Source: Octopus sinensis (Eukaryota). Taken from it: DNA of 64,000 nt. Made by a program: the position numbers and the translations under genes. Shown here piece by piece: positions 1-12,257 of this stretch. Where the stretch lies: positions 42,780,001 to 42,844,000 of the forward strand of contig NC_043007.1 in NCBI RefSeq assembly GCF_006345805.1, in the 5' to 3' direction. The notes below the pieces were generated by a model. The model was not told the DNA's origin, did no database searches, and saw only the letters and a list, made by a program, of their open reading frames with translations. Position 1 is the stretch's first letter. Every line of letters begins with the position of its first letter.

Positions 1-18
1 AATAGAATTAAAATATCT

Positions 19-1075
19 TTGATTAAAACGCTTTCTAACATGAAAATATCCAAAGAGTATTTGAGGCATATAATGCTTTATGAGTACAAAAAAGGAAACT
101 CTGCAGCTGAAACGACTCGAAACATACACTCAGTTTATGGAAAAGAATGTTTGAATGAAAGAACTTGCAGAAGATGGTTTGCAAAATTCAGAAGTGGAGA
201 TTTCAGCCTTGAAGATGAAGATCGAACAGGACATCCAGTTGAGTTTGATAAGCTCCTTGAGGCATTACTTGAAGAAAATCCTGCATTGTCAGTTGAAGAA
301 TTGGCAATAAAGCTTAGTTCAAACCATACAACTGTTCATCATCATCTAAACAACTTGGAATGGTTTCTAAACTTGGAAAATGGGTGCCTCATGAATTGTC
401 TGAAAGCAACTGCAAATCCTGAGTTGACATCTGCTCTTCTCTCCATTCTCACAAACTCATTTCACCCTTTTTGGATAGGCTAGTGACTGGTGACGAAAAA
501 TGGATTTTCTATCGAAATGTTAAACATCATGAACAGTGGCTTGGTAAAAGGGAAAAAGTTCAACCACAACAGAGAAGGAACTTCATGGAAAAAAGGTTCT
601 TCTCTCTATCTGGTGGGATTGCAAAGGAGTAATTCACTTTGAATTGTTACCACCTAATGCAACAATTAATGCTCAAGTCTACTGTCAGCAATTAGAGCGT
701 TTGAACCAAGCTTTGAAGAAAAAAAGACCCGCTTTAGTGAATCGAAAAGGAGTGATGTTTCATCAGAACAATGCGCGACCCCACACTGCAAAGATCACAT
801 CACAGAAGATCGAAGAGCTTGGCTGGGAAAAAATTTCTCATCCACCTTACTCTTCTGAGCTTGTTCTTTCAGACTATCATTTGTTTCGTAGTTTACAGAA
901 TTATTTGGGGGACATAACTTTCACAAGCCAGGAGGTGGTCGAAACTGACATTTCAGAGTTCTTCGCTATAGATAATCAGGGAAAGTACATTGATGATTAA
1001 ATTTCAATTAACTATAACATTCGATCACTTGTTTTCTTTATTCAAAATTCGGACAGAACTTATGGGATGACCTGA
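19..1075 (+). mobile_element. Defective mariner (Hsmar1/Mos1-like) transposon, left end outside window
   Basis: HTH region (ETTRNIHSVYG..RRWFAKFRSGDFSLEDEDRTG) in ORF 19-483; VTGDEKW at 484-504 after a frameshift; HQNNARPH (second catalytic D replaced by N) and HPPYSSELVLSDYHLF in ORF 644-1000. Right TIR ends GGGATGACCTGA at 1075, followed by TA. Confidence 0.93.
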
Positions 1076-2008
1076 TACAAACTAATGTGTTGTCAATGGT
1101 CTTTAAACATTATATGGGATATTTTCATCACATCAAGAGTTGCAAGCCTAGTTTGACAGTTGAGTTTTAATCATTAAGTGAGAAGTACTGGCTGCAATTG
1201 AACAGAAAACATTTAGAATGTATGCAAATGCTATACTCCTTGTGGATGTAGCTATTAAGCAAAGCCTATAATTTAGCTAATGGTCACCAGACAAGCCAAA
1301 ACAGTATGGTTTAGTCAAGTGCTGACTATTTGTAAAAAAATGTTAACAAAGCACTTACAGCACAAACAATTGCCATTTGACTTACTGAACTGTGACAAAA
1401 GCTGTAAGTGTTTTTGTAACTTGAATGCTATTTTATGGAAGTAATGTGTTGTCAAACCAGGTCTGCAACACAGGTATGATGGAAGTACTCCATACATAAT
1501 GTCCTTATGCACTGTGTATGTGTATCCATGTGTGTATGTATATAGATGTGTGTGTATTGTAAATAGTTTGCATATCTTGTAAGCTGTATACAGTAATATA
1601 CTGGAATTTTTGCTGTTTATATAAGAAACGTTTTTCACTGCCATGAAGAATATAAAATCTTACCCAAACAGTATCTACAATAGATTTAGTGATAGTGATC
1701 CAAGAATCAGTTGTATTTATCTTCCCTTTAGTTTCCTGAGCATTAGCATCACGCCTTAAGAAAAAGCCATACAGCTGCACCCACTCCACTATACTCTGAA
1801 CCAGTGTGGAAGCACATACATGATCACTTGACCTGTTAGAAATAGCAACCAAATTTTCATGAACACTTTATTACTAAATTTAATAAAGGAAGGGTACATA
1901 ATGTCTATATAAAAGACAAGATGGTCATGGTTGAAATACCTTTGATCATAGATTGGCTTGGTCAATACAAACATGAGTTAAAGTAAAGAACAACAACCAT
2001 ACTTCTTA

Positions 2009-3299
2009 CGAGGGGTGTATGAAAAATTTTGAGCCTAACCTAGAAACGGGGCTGCTATATAGCTGAAACAATTTTTTTTGGTAAGTACAGTCTTTTCGGA
2101 GTATTCTTGCTCATTTTCATGATTCTGATATTTTAATTTTTTTTGTTACAGATTTTTGAATAAACAAGCTTCAAGTTTACAAGGAAAATGGAGAAAACTG
2201 AGTATTGAAAGTACCGTCATTTGAAAGGCATGGCTCCATCAGAAATCCATGAAGATATGGTGAGAACCTTAACAGACAATGCTCCTTCATATGCAACAGT
2301 CAAACGCTGGGTAAATGAATTCAAGCGTGGCAGGGAGAGTGTGGAAGTTGATCCCAGACCAGGGAGACCTCCAACTGCAACCACCAAGGACCTTGCTCTT
2401 AGTATGATAATGCAAGATCGTTGAATATCATATCGTCAGATAGCCGAGAGACTGAGCATTTCAACTGAAAGTGCAGACAACATTGTGACAAAAGAACTTG
2501 GTTTCTGCAAGGTGGGTCCCTCGCCTTTTGACTCCTGAACAGAAACGCACCAGACGCACTTTGTCCACGAGCAATCTGGAACTGTTTGAAGCCGATGAAG
2601 AGAATTTTCTTGCTCATTTCATTACTATGGACGAAAGTTGGGTTCATCACTACCAGCCTGAAACCAAAGAACAGTCAAAGCAGTGGAAGCACACATCTTC
2701 TCCTACCCCAAAGAAGGCCAGGTTCATTCCTTCAGCTGGCAAGGTCATGGCGTCCGTTTTTTTTGGATTCTCAAAGTGTCTTGTTGATCGATTACCTCGA
2801 AAAGGGTCACACCACGACAGGGCTGTATTCTCAGCTACCGAAGCGCCTCCGAGAAGCAATCAAAGAAAAAAGGCCAGGAATGCTCACCAGAGGAGTCCTT
2901 TTTCATCACGACAATGCTCCAGCACAAACCTCAGTGGTTGCCATGGCAACAATTCGTGATTGTGGATACGAACTTGTTCCCCATCCGCCTTATTCGCCAG
3001 ACTTAGCCCCCTCTGACTTTCATCTATTTCCAAAAATTAAAAAAGCCCTGGCTGGTTGCCATTTTGCCAGTGACAATGATGTCACAAACGCTGTAGGATG
3101 TTTCTTGGAGTCTCAAACAAAAGAGTTCTTCTGCGCCGGGATAATGGCACTTCAGCACCGCTGGAGAAAGTGTTCAGTCATCGAGAGGTGACTATGTTGA
3201 AAAATAAATCATCAGAAGTCTTCTGATGATTTATTTTTATACCATGTCTTATACCATGTTTTGTTTTTTTGAGGCTCAAGACTTTTCATACACCCCTCG
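2009..3299 (+). mobile_element. Full-length (1291 bp) frameshifted mariner, irritans/Hsmar2-like
   Basis: 28-bp TIRs CGAGGGGTGTATGAAAAATTTTGAGCCT (2009-2036) and 3272-3299, 2 mismatches, TA on both flanks. WVPRLL, TMDESWVHHY, HHDNAPAQ and YSPDLAPSDFHLFPK motifs (D,D34D) are split over ORFs 2221-2424, 2498-2959 and 2586-3191. Confidence 0.96.
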
Positions 3300-3414
3300 T
3301 ACATTGACTGTTTTTTAAATTTTATACACATATGTACAATGTGATATATGTATTATATACACACACTGTTCTCATCCTCATATGTAAATGTGTTTTTTTT
3401 TTCTCTCATTGTAG

Positions 3415-3502
3415 TCTCACACCATCATGTTAATTCAACCTAATCCTAAACCAGAAACTCGAACTTATTCAGACTATGAATCCCTGACTGATTGCCTTGA
3501 AG
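3415..3502 (+). CDS. ERH: Enhancer of rudimentary homolog, coding exon 2 (SHTIMLIQPNPKPETRTYSDYESLTDCLEG)
   Basis: Polypyrimidine tract plus TAG acceptor at 3412-3414, GT donor at 3503. 88-nt exon closely matching the ERH N-terminus (SHTILLVQP..RTYADYESVNECMEG). Confidence 0.96.
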
Positions 3503-4711
3503 GTTTGTATATTGCAATATTTTCTCTTTATGTTCCAAATTTGAATCCTACCAACGTAGATTTTGTTCTTCATCCTTCTTGGGTTGATAAAATAAGTACC
3601 AGTGAAGTACTGAGTTCAATTTAATCAACTGTTTTTCTCCTTCGTCCTCAAATTGTGGTCTTGTGTTAGAATTTAGTATTGATTTCAAATTTTGGCACAA
3701 GACCAGCAATTCCAGGGGTTGGAGTTTAGTCAGTTACATTGATTCCAGTGCTCAACTGGTACTTATTTTATCCACCCTGAAAGGATGAAAGGCAATATTA
3801 GCCTCAGAATTTGAACTCAGAACATATGGACAGATGAAATGCTGCTAAGCATTTTGCCCAGCATGCTAATGATTCGGCTTGCTCACCGCTTTACTTTGGA
3901 ATTTAAATATGATATAACTATATTTTTATTCATCCATTTATTTTTATGTTCATGTTATCCATACCAGCATAGGGTACATGTGTATTTTATTGAGGCATTT
4001 ACAACTAGATGCCCTTCTTTAATCCTCAGCTGTTTTACATGAAAGGGACATCTTATTCCATGTGTTTATGAAGGTGCAAAGCCAGCAGATGACTTGTGGA
4101 GGAGGAAAATAATAACATCATCATTATATACAGCTTCCCCTTTTTGGAGAAGCATATATGTAAATAAACACACCAACTTACATATTCGATAGGCTTTTTA
4201 CAGTTTCCTTCTGTTAAATCCATTCACAAAGCTTTTGTCAGCCTAAGGCTCTATTAGAAATCACTTGCCCTAAGTGCTACGAAGTGAGGCTTGAATCCAA
4301 AACCAGTTGATTGGGAAGTGAACTTTTTAACATACAACCATGCCCGTATCCATATTCCTCTCTAAATGGTGTTAGGAAGGACGTCCAACCATAAAAACCA
4401 TGCCGAAAATGACAGATGTTTGGTGTAGTGTTCTGCATGGCCAGCTCCTGACAAACTACCCAACCCATGCCAGCATGGAAGGTGTTGTGTTCTTGAGCAA
4501 AGCACTTCATTTTTACATTGCTCTGCATCATTTCGACATGTGGCACCCATTACACCTGTAGAGGTAATCTTGATCTGATGGCAGGAGTGAGCTAATGTCT
4601 TCACTAACATTTGATCACTATAAACAAATCATCTGTGTGATTGTTCAGTAAGAAATTGTCGAACTCTCACACATCATCTAACAAGGGAGATTCCTTTATA
4701 TGTGTGTGTGT

Positions 4712-4915
4712 GTATCATCATCATCATCGTTTAACGTCCGTTTTCCACGCTAGCACGGGTTGGACAGTTTGACCGGGGTCTGGGAAGCCAGAGGCCTCTC
4801 CAGGCTCCAGTCTGATCTGGCAGAGTTTCTACGGCTGGATGCCCTTCCTAACGCCAACCACTCCGCGAGTGGATTGGGTGCTTTTTACGTGCCACCTGCA
4901 CAGGGGCCGGGGGTT
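4712..4915 (-). mobile_element. 5'-truncated 3' tail of the RTE-type LINE family (copy of the tail at 28230-28597)
   Basis: Reverse complement of the GTTAGGAAGGGCATCCAG..AAACCGTCCAACCCATGC..GTTAAACGATGATGAT tail. Further copies at 7340-7716 (+), 48650-48955 (+), 26370-26560 (-) and 58490-58690 (-). Confidence 0.75.
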
Positions 4916-5348
4916 CCGGCATCGGTCACGATTGGTTCGAGCTTTTTCTAGAGTTGAGTTGGGGGGGGGTCTAGCTGAGAAAGGTTCCACCAGTGGAAAG
5001 AGAGGGAGAGATAGTGGGGGGGTGCAGGTAATAAAGGGAAGCACCAGTGGGGAAGGTTGGGTAAGGAGGAACGATGACAAGGAAAGGGTTGGTGCAGAAG
5101 AAATAAAAACGTAGGATATCACGAGACGGGGAGGGGGACTGGAAGGAGATGGTCGGATTGAGGCAGTGCCAGATTCTAAACAGGAGGTAACATAAGATCA
5201 GTGGGGCAGTTAATGAGCTGCGGTGCTAGCAGCTTGACTTGGTGGGGGGAAGGGGTAGTACACAGTGAAAGCATATGTGAAGGAGGGGTAGGAGGGAGAG
5301 ACACACGCAATGGTGGTGGGGGAGGAGGAGGGCATATCCGGTGTAGAT

Positions 5349-5515
5349 GGTGAGAAGTGTTTACCGGTATTGGTGGTGAGAAGTGTTCACCGGTATTGGT
5401 GGTGAGAAGTGTTCACCGGTATTGGTGGTGGGGGTGAGAAGTGTTCACCGGTATTGGGGGTGAGAAGTGTTCACCGGTATTGGTGGTGGGGGTGAGAAGT
5501 GTTCACCGGTATTGG
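5349..5515 (+). repeat. Minisatellite, six copies of GGTGAGAAGTGTTCACCGGTATTGG
   Basis: Copies start at 5349, 5375, 5401, 5433, 5459 and 5491, separated by 1-7 nt G/T linkers. Confidence 0.95.
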
Positions 5516-5535
5516 TGGGAGGGCGGGGGCACCGC

Positions 5536-6041
5536 CGAATGGCGGAAAAGATGCAAATTAAGGATTGAAGGATTAAAGGGTTAAATTTCATAGAGAAAAG
5601 ATAGGAAAAACGAAGCAGTTATTGTATGAGTACAGACGTTTAACAATAGTAACGAATGAGGTACGAAAGATAATGGGATAAAATGTTTTTGCAACTTGCT
5701 GCGAATATGAAAGCCGGAAGCCGCTGTTGGAGAAGAAAGGAAGTCTAAAAATTGGGAACCGTAAATCGTAATGGCGACTAAGAAGAAGAAGAAGAAGAAG
5801 AAAAGAAGAAGACGAATGGCGGAAAAGATGGAAATTAAGGATTGAAGGATTAAAGGGTTAAATTTCGTAGAGAAAAGATAGGAAAAACGAAGCAGTTATT
5901 GTATGAGTACAGACGTTTAACAATAGTAACGAATGAGGTACGAAAGATAATGGGATAAAATGTTTTTGCAACTTGCTGCGAATATGAAAGCCGGAAGCCG
6001 CTGTTGGAGAAGAAAGGAAGTCTAAAAATTGGGAACCGTAA

Positions 6042-6047
<6 letters not shown>
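5536..6047 (+). repeat. 235-bp direct duplication separated by a (GAA)n tract
   Basis: 5536-5770 versus 5813-6047; 3 mismatches counted by eye. Confidence 0.93.
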
Positions 6048-6097
<50 letters not shown>

Positions 6098-6108
<11 letters not shown>

Positions 6109-6480
6109 AACGGCAGTTTGTCTGTCTGTGTGGTTGTACCCTCCCCCTGACCACGGCTTTCAACTGATTCTGATGAAACTTGACACACACATAGCCCAAT
6201 GTCATAATTCAAAACTAAGGCAGTGAAAATTTTGAAAAGTTCCCCCAGTTCTGAAAAAAATCGATAAATTCGACATTGGCTTGAGAACCTAAGCTTTTTA
6301 TATGCAACACATTTTCTGTCTAAGGGACACAACTCGACCATTTTATCGCCCAAAGGGACAGCTAGGAACATCGTATACACATGCGCCATCGTTCCCTAGA
6401 GGGAAAGGACTAGATTGGGATTAGTCGTTGCCTACTAGGGGGCTCTTACATACCCGGGCAACGCCGGGCTATGCTGCTAG
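6098..6480 (+). mobile_element. Non-autonomous Helitron-type element
   Basis: Begins TATATATAAACGGCAGTTTGTCTGTC in an (AT)n tract. Subterminal hairpin CCCGG-GCAACG-CCGGG at 6453-6468, ending in CTAG at 6477-6480. No TIRs or TSD. Confidence 0.75.
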
Positions 6481-6559
6481 CATATATATATATATATATA
6501 TATATTAACACACTGACTACTTAATAAAGTTATTATTATTATTATTATTATTAAAATTA

Positions 6560-7290
6560 TAAGTCATATATCAGCAAAGTTATGGAATGGATAGTTAGAG
6601 GGAAACTAATTGCATTCCTTGAAGAAAATAACTTGTTGAGTGATACCCAGCATGGCTTTCAACCAGGTAGGAGCTGCCTGACCCAGCTCTTACAACATTA
6701 TGACTGAGTGTTGAAGCAGTTACTCAACAACTCAAATGTGAATGTAATATACCTTGATTTTACAAAAGCTTTTTGACAAAGTGGATCATGGTATGATATG
6801 CCACAAACTGTGTGATCTTGGCATAGCTGGAAAACTTGGAAAGTGGTTACATGGCTTTCTGAAAGATAGGAGTCAGGCAGTAGTGACTAATGTAGCCACC
6901 TCTATGAACACACAAATAGTGAGTGGTGTTCCATTGGGCACTGTCTTGGGACCACTGCTTTTTATAGTGGCCCTCAAGTGCCCGGATAGCCACCCTTGCA
7001 AGCTATATAGATGATACGAAAGTCTCGCAGAAAATACAGAACCCCAGCGATGTTGCACACCTGCTACAGGAGTTGGACTCAATTTACAGATGGGCTGAGG
7101 ATAATAATATGCAGTTTAATGCTGAAAAATTCCAAGGCCTGCACTACCAGTATCCAAAACTGAATATGAAACTTACAGAGTACACTGGTCCACAGGGAAT
7201 TTCAATCCCATAGCCTAAATCAGTGAGGGACCTAGGTATAGACATGAGTGATGATACCTCTTTCCAAGTGCACATTACCAGGTTGTTGGG
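6560..7290 (+). mobile_element. CR1/L2-group LINE reverse transcriptase fragment
   Basis: QHGFQPGRSCLTQLLQHYD, (Y)LDFTKAFDKVDHG, FLKDRSQAVV, SGVPLGTVLGPLLF and YIDDTKV motifs, with stops and frameshifts. Confidence 0.88.
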
Positions 7291-7723
7291 GCAAGTGAAA
7301 TCGAAATCAAATTCGATAACTGGCATCTGTGCTAGTGGAGCGCTAAGAGCACCATCTGAGCTTGTTAGTTGCCAGGGCTGCTGACTGGCTGTGGTGCTGG
7401 TGGCACATAAAAAGCACCATTTGAGCGAGATTATTACCAGCATTGCTTTACTGACATGTGAGAAACAACATTTGAGTGAGGAGGTTGCCAGTGCCGCTGG
7501 ACTGACTCTTGTGCAGGTGGTACGTAAGAAACACCATTTGAGCATGGCCATTGCCAGTACCATCTGACTGGCTTTCGTACCGGTGGCACATAAAGTACCT
7601 AGCTGTAGAAATTCTGCCAGATCAGATTGGAGCCTGGTGCAACCATCTGGCTCGCCAGTCCTCAGTCAAACCGTCCAACCCATGCCAGCATGCAAAGCGG
7701 ACATTAAACGATGATGATATAGA

Positions 7724-7787
<64 letters not shown>

Positions 7788-7815
7788 TATAAATATATAT
7801 ATGCATATAAATATT

Positions 7816-7845
<30 letters not shown>

Positions 7846-7846
<1 letters not shown>

Positions 7847-9013
7847 TGTTTCCCATGCCCATTTGGAGTGTTGGGCTATCACAGCAGCTGCCTTATACTG
7901 CATATATTGAGCTCGGCATCAAGGGGTAGGTTGTAGGTGATGGTAGAGCCAAGATAGGTAAACTTCTCCACCTCCTGTAGTCTGTGGTCTCCAATATGTA
8001 TGTTTGGGATGTCCGATGTAGCCTGACCCATGATATTGGTCTTCTTGAGGCTGATAACTAAGCCAAAGTTGCTACATGCTTGCTCAAAACAGTTGATGAG
8101 CCTTTGCAGGGCTTCTTCTGTGTGATACCAGAGCAGCATCATCAGCAAATAGCATCTCCTTGATCAGGATGCTTCTGATTTTGGTCTTGGCATGCAGACG
8201 CAAGAGATTGAACAGTTTCCCATCACTTCTACTGTGCAGAAACACTCCATCATCTGATGTCTAAAGGCATGTGACAGCAACAGCAAGAAGAAGATGCCAA
8301 ATAATGTAGGAGCAAGGACACAACCTTGCTTTACCCCGTTTTTTATTTTGAAGGCATGTAACAACAATAAGCTGACCAAGACCACAAAAATGAAGATTTA
8401 CCAGGCATGTGTACTTAGCACTCTACTGTATGGAAGTGAGACTTGGACGCCATACACATGCCAAGAGCGTCACCTACACTGCCTCCGGAAAATCCTTGGC
8501 ATCAAATGGCAGAATCATGTCCTCAAGCAATCAGGAATACCATGTATGTCTGCACTCCTCACACAATGACATATGAGATGGCTTAGACATGTTAGCCGTA
8601 TGGAAGATGGCAGAATCTCCAAGGACATACTTTCCGGAGAGCTTGCTGGGGGCACTAGGTCTGTGGGAAGACCATTCTTACGATACAAGGATATTTGCAA
8701 AAGGGACAGGAAGGCCTGCGACATCAACAGGGAAGCAGTTGCCGGCAACAGTGGAGATAGGCGATATACCGTAAAAGAGGGAACACAAAGGAGGGAGAGA
8801 GGAGAAATGGAAAGACAAGAAACTATGTCATTACAACCAGTCAGGCAAAGTCTTCGCTACATTTGCGGCACTTGCCAGAGGGAGTGTTTGTCCAGGATAG
8901 GACTACACTGCCACAGCAGGAGATATATTAGGACATGAAATGTAAAAGCCAGACTAGATTATTTTAACCGCAACTCCATTGTCTCCCAAGACAAAAAGGA
9001 TGCCAACAACAAC
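7846..9013. mobile_element. RTE-clade LINE copy with an inverted 5' segment, inserted in (TA)n
   Basis: Minus strand 8358-7846: GVKQGCVLAPTLF, MLFADDAALVSH, FTYLGSTI, ..KWAWE. Plus strand 8360-9013: NNKLTKTTKMKIYQACVLSTLLYGSETW, C-terminal CGTCQRECLSRIGLHCH and a (CAA)n tail. Confidence 0.9.
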
Positions 9014-9865
9014 ATATATATAAATATATACATATATATAAATGCATATATATATATATATACACATACATATATATAGCTATATATATACACATACATA
9101 TGTATGTATATTATTTATATTATTATATGATTGAGCGCTATGCATCCTTTTCCAAGTAAGTTTTATCTTAATAATTCTGATGCACACTCTATCTTTTTAC
9201 TCTTTCATTTTTCTTTCTCTCTCTTATTCTTTTACCTCCTCTTCTCCCAGTACTCTTTCCTATTTTTTCTCTCTTCCTTTCTCCCCATCTGGTTTTTTTT
9301 TTCTCACTTATCCTATCTCCAATTTTTTCCTCTCCCCTTCACAGTTCTCTGACTGTCACACTCTCTCCCTCAATCTTTCCCCGTTGCTCACGTGACTCCC
9401 ACATGACCATCAGCCATTTGTCTTCTCCTAACTTGTGCTTCTTTCTTTCTCTCCATTGTACCTCGAGCCTAGGAAGACATGTTCTTATCTGTTTTCTGTC
9501 CAAGCTTGATTTACGCATTCGCCACCACAAACTCGTTTAGGCGTAGCAGCCCTTCCTGTTTCTGTTGCCAATTTTGACTCTCTGCAGAATCCCAAATTTT
9601 ATTTAATTTGCTTTGCGGGAGTAACTGTTTTATTGCAAGCGTATCTTGTTGTTAAATGCTCGAAATACAAGAGTAGATAAACAGCCAACAACTGATGAAG
9701 TGTCGTTTTTTTGTGTTGTTTGTTTGGTTTTCCATTTGTGTCTTTCGTTGTTCCAAAAAATAGTTCATATTCCATGTACTCGTACTTCGTATTTTTTGAT
9801 GTACATGTATTGTGACATCCTGTGCCTACATTTGCACATATATATATGTATGTATATATGCATAT

Positions 9866-9907
<42 letters not shown>

Positions 9908-10758
9908 TTGTAAAGTCAATGAACAGGTTGTGGTCTCAAAGCGAGGAAAATATTTTGGCAAATAAAATTTAAATGTTGAAGTGAATCTAACGGATTTTGT
10001 ATGCTTCTTAACTGGCTTATAAACACCTTTCATGCTGCAATTGTTTTTGTTCCAGCACACAATCTGAGATCAGATCACTTGCTATGCAAGTACATCTCAG
10101 TTATATTATTATTATTATATATATATACTTCTATAACAGATATAATGGGATACTTGGTAGATCTGTTCGGTCTTACTGTCATGGAAAAACTGACAGTAAC
10201 CTCATGATGGCAGTAGTAGTACAATCCATATATTGTTTCACTGAATTGTAATTTTTTTTTAATGGCTTAATGAGGAGTCTCAGTGATTAAAGAGGGAAGT
10301 TATCTTCACACTGGAGGCCTGGCCTGAATGCTTGCAGCAAAGAGGATTTTGCTAAAGGCACCCAAGAGCCTTGTGAAGGACTTCCACACAGCTAAATTTC
10401 ATTCCCGGCCAAAGCTATGATAGTAAACACTTGTCCAAGCTGTTGTGAAGTGAACTTAAGTACAAAACCATATCTATAGCTAGACAACATGAAAAGAACA
10501 TCACTTTTTATTACCTCAATGATGGACATTATTGTCTTGAGCCCGAGTTTTGAAAGAACTTTTACATTACATGCTGTGCTCAGTGTTTTACATTTTCAAG
10601 CAGTGATGATATTTAAAATGTGCAATTTACAGAAACAAAAGCATACACTGTTAGACAATGTGAATAAAAAAGCAGTACATTTAACAGAATAATGTGAATG
10701 CTAAAGGGTTAAGTATTTTTCTTTTTTGTTATCTTTCAATTCTTAGCATGAAATTATA

Positions 10759-11602
10759 TTGGGTCATCCCATAAATAATGCAGTTTTTTCAATTGCATGG
10801 ACCAAAAGTCAGAGGGGCACAGGATAAACTACCTGCATCAACTTGTTATAAAAGCAGGTAGTTTTACCTTGTCCTTACTCTTAGTGCAAATTTTGAAAAG
10901 TGTAGTTCGATTTTAAGTTTTTTTTTTTTCAAAGCTATAATGAAAGTGACAAAGGAGCATATTTTGCTTTATGAGCTCAATAAAGGCAACAATGTAATGG
11001 AAAGTGCAAGGAATATTAATGCAGTATATGGGGATCGAACAGTAAGCATAAGCCAGTGTCAACAGTGAAGCCAGAAACTACAGCCTAGAAGATGAGCCTC
11101 GTCTTGGAAGGTCTGTAGAATTTGACGAGGACATCCTGCAAACCCTGATGGAACAAAATCCCATTGAAACTGTTGAGGAACTAACAGAGAAGCTTGGATC
11201 TGGTCATTTAAGTCAATGCTAAAAGAAAATTGACTATCTTTGGTTTCAAGACGAAAGGTGTTCTTCCATCAGGATAATGCTTGGCTACTTAAGCAAGGAT
11301 GATATTCCAAAGGCTGAGGCAGTTTGAATGGGTAACTATGCCCCACCCACCATATTTGCCGGACTCTGCAGTCTTCAAAGTCATTTGGATGGAAAAAATA
11401 TGAATTCTGTAGATGAAGTCAGAGCAGTACTTGGAGTATTTTTCATGACGGATAAATGAATTTTGAAAGAAGTGTCTTGCAAGTCTACCAGGGAGATGAA
11501 AGAGCTTTGTAGAAAATGGAGAGTATATTTTAGATTAGAAAAGAAGCTTATCTTAATTTTGAAAAATAAAAGAAAAACTGCATTATTTACGGGATGACCC
11601 AA
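10759..11602 (+). mobile_element. Internally deleted mariner (844 bp) in ERH intron 2
   Basis: 30-bp TIRs TTGGGTCATCCCATAAATAATGCAGTTTTT (10759-10788) and 11573-11602, 1 mismatch, TA flanks. Remnant MKVTKEHILLYELNKGNNVMESARNINAVYG and FHQDNA. Confidence 0.94.
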
Positions 11603-11712
11603 TATTATTGCTATAGAGCCATTTGGAATCAGTTCACTCCTATGGCTAACAGTTTCAAGATTGTTTTTTACTTCTCTGAGGAAGATTGACTAAATATATT
11701 GTTTGTTTGTAG

Positions 11713-11833
11713 GAATTTGCAAAATCTATGAAGAACATCTGAAGAGGATGAACCCAGCTTGTCCTTCCATCACATATGATATTAGTCAGTTGTTTGATTT
11801 TATTGATGAACTCACTGATCTGTCATGTCTTGT
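11713..11833 (+). CDS. ERH: ERH coding exon 3 ([41 protein letters not shown])
   Basis: AG at 11711-11712, GTAAGT donor at 11834, 121 nt, phases consistent with exons 2 and 4; near-identical to the ERH core. Confidence 0.97.
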
Positions 11834-12257
11834 GTAAGTACTTCCAAACTTCATATTGCTTTATATATATAATTACACACGCACAAACCTACAGCCTCTG
11901 CCCTACAGTTTTTAAACTGCCTTTGGATAATGTAGTGCAAGATACACTGACCCAGAGGTAAAAAAATAGTAACAGCTGTATGCCCTTCTCAATCAGGACT
12001 TAACTGGAGTTAAATAAGCATATTCATTGCAAATTCTTTAAAACAATTATGAAGTTTTTATTAACATGTCTTTTTTATGTCTGACTATTATCACACTTTG
12101 TTTAATTGCAAAGGATTTTGACTACAGGTGATTCTTTTAAAGAAATAGTGAATTTTGTTTTATAAAATAGAAAATTTTATTTGGGATTTTAAAAATAAAG
12201 TTAACAAAATTTTCTTCTTACAAAACCTAAAAGGTTAAATTTTTTTTCTTTCATCAG

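Noticed and set aside
19-1000. Possible domesticated SETMAR-like gene
   Set aside because: Frameshifted, second catalytic Asp mutated, TIR retained and no SET exons; it is an ordinary dead mariner.
1076-2008. ATG|GT candidates for ERH exon 1 (e.g. near 1096, 1280, 1307, 1921)
   Set aside because: Donor contexts are weak and there is no CpG-rich promoter-like sequence; exon 1 more likely lies upstream of the window.
5349-5515. Regularly spaced palindromic repeats resembling a CRISPR array
   Set aside because: Linkers are only 1-7 nt of G/T, there are no unique spacers or cas genes, and the context is eukaryotic.
9640-9705. CTCGAAA..CTGATGAAG hammerhead-like boxes
   Set aside because: The U16.1-H17 cleavage site and helix I cannot be formed in the required order.
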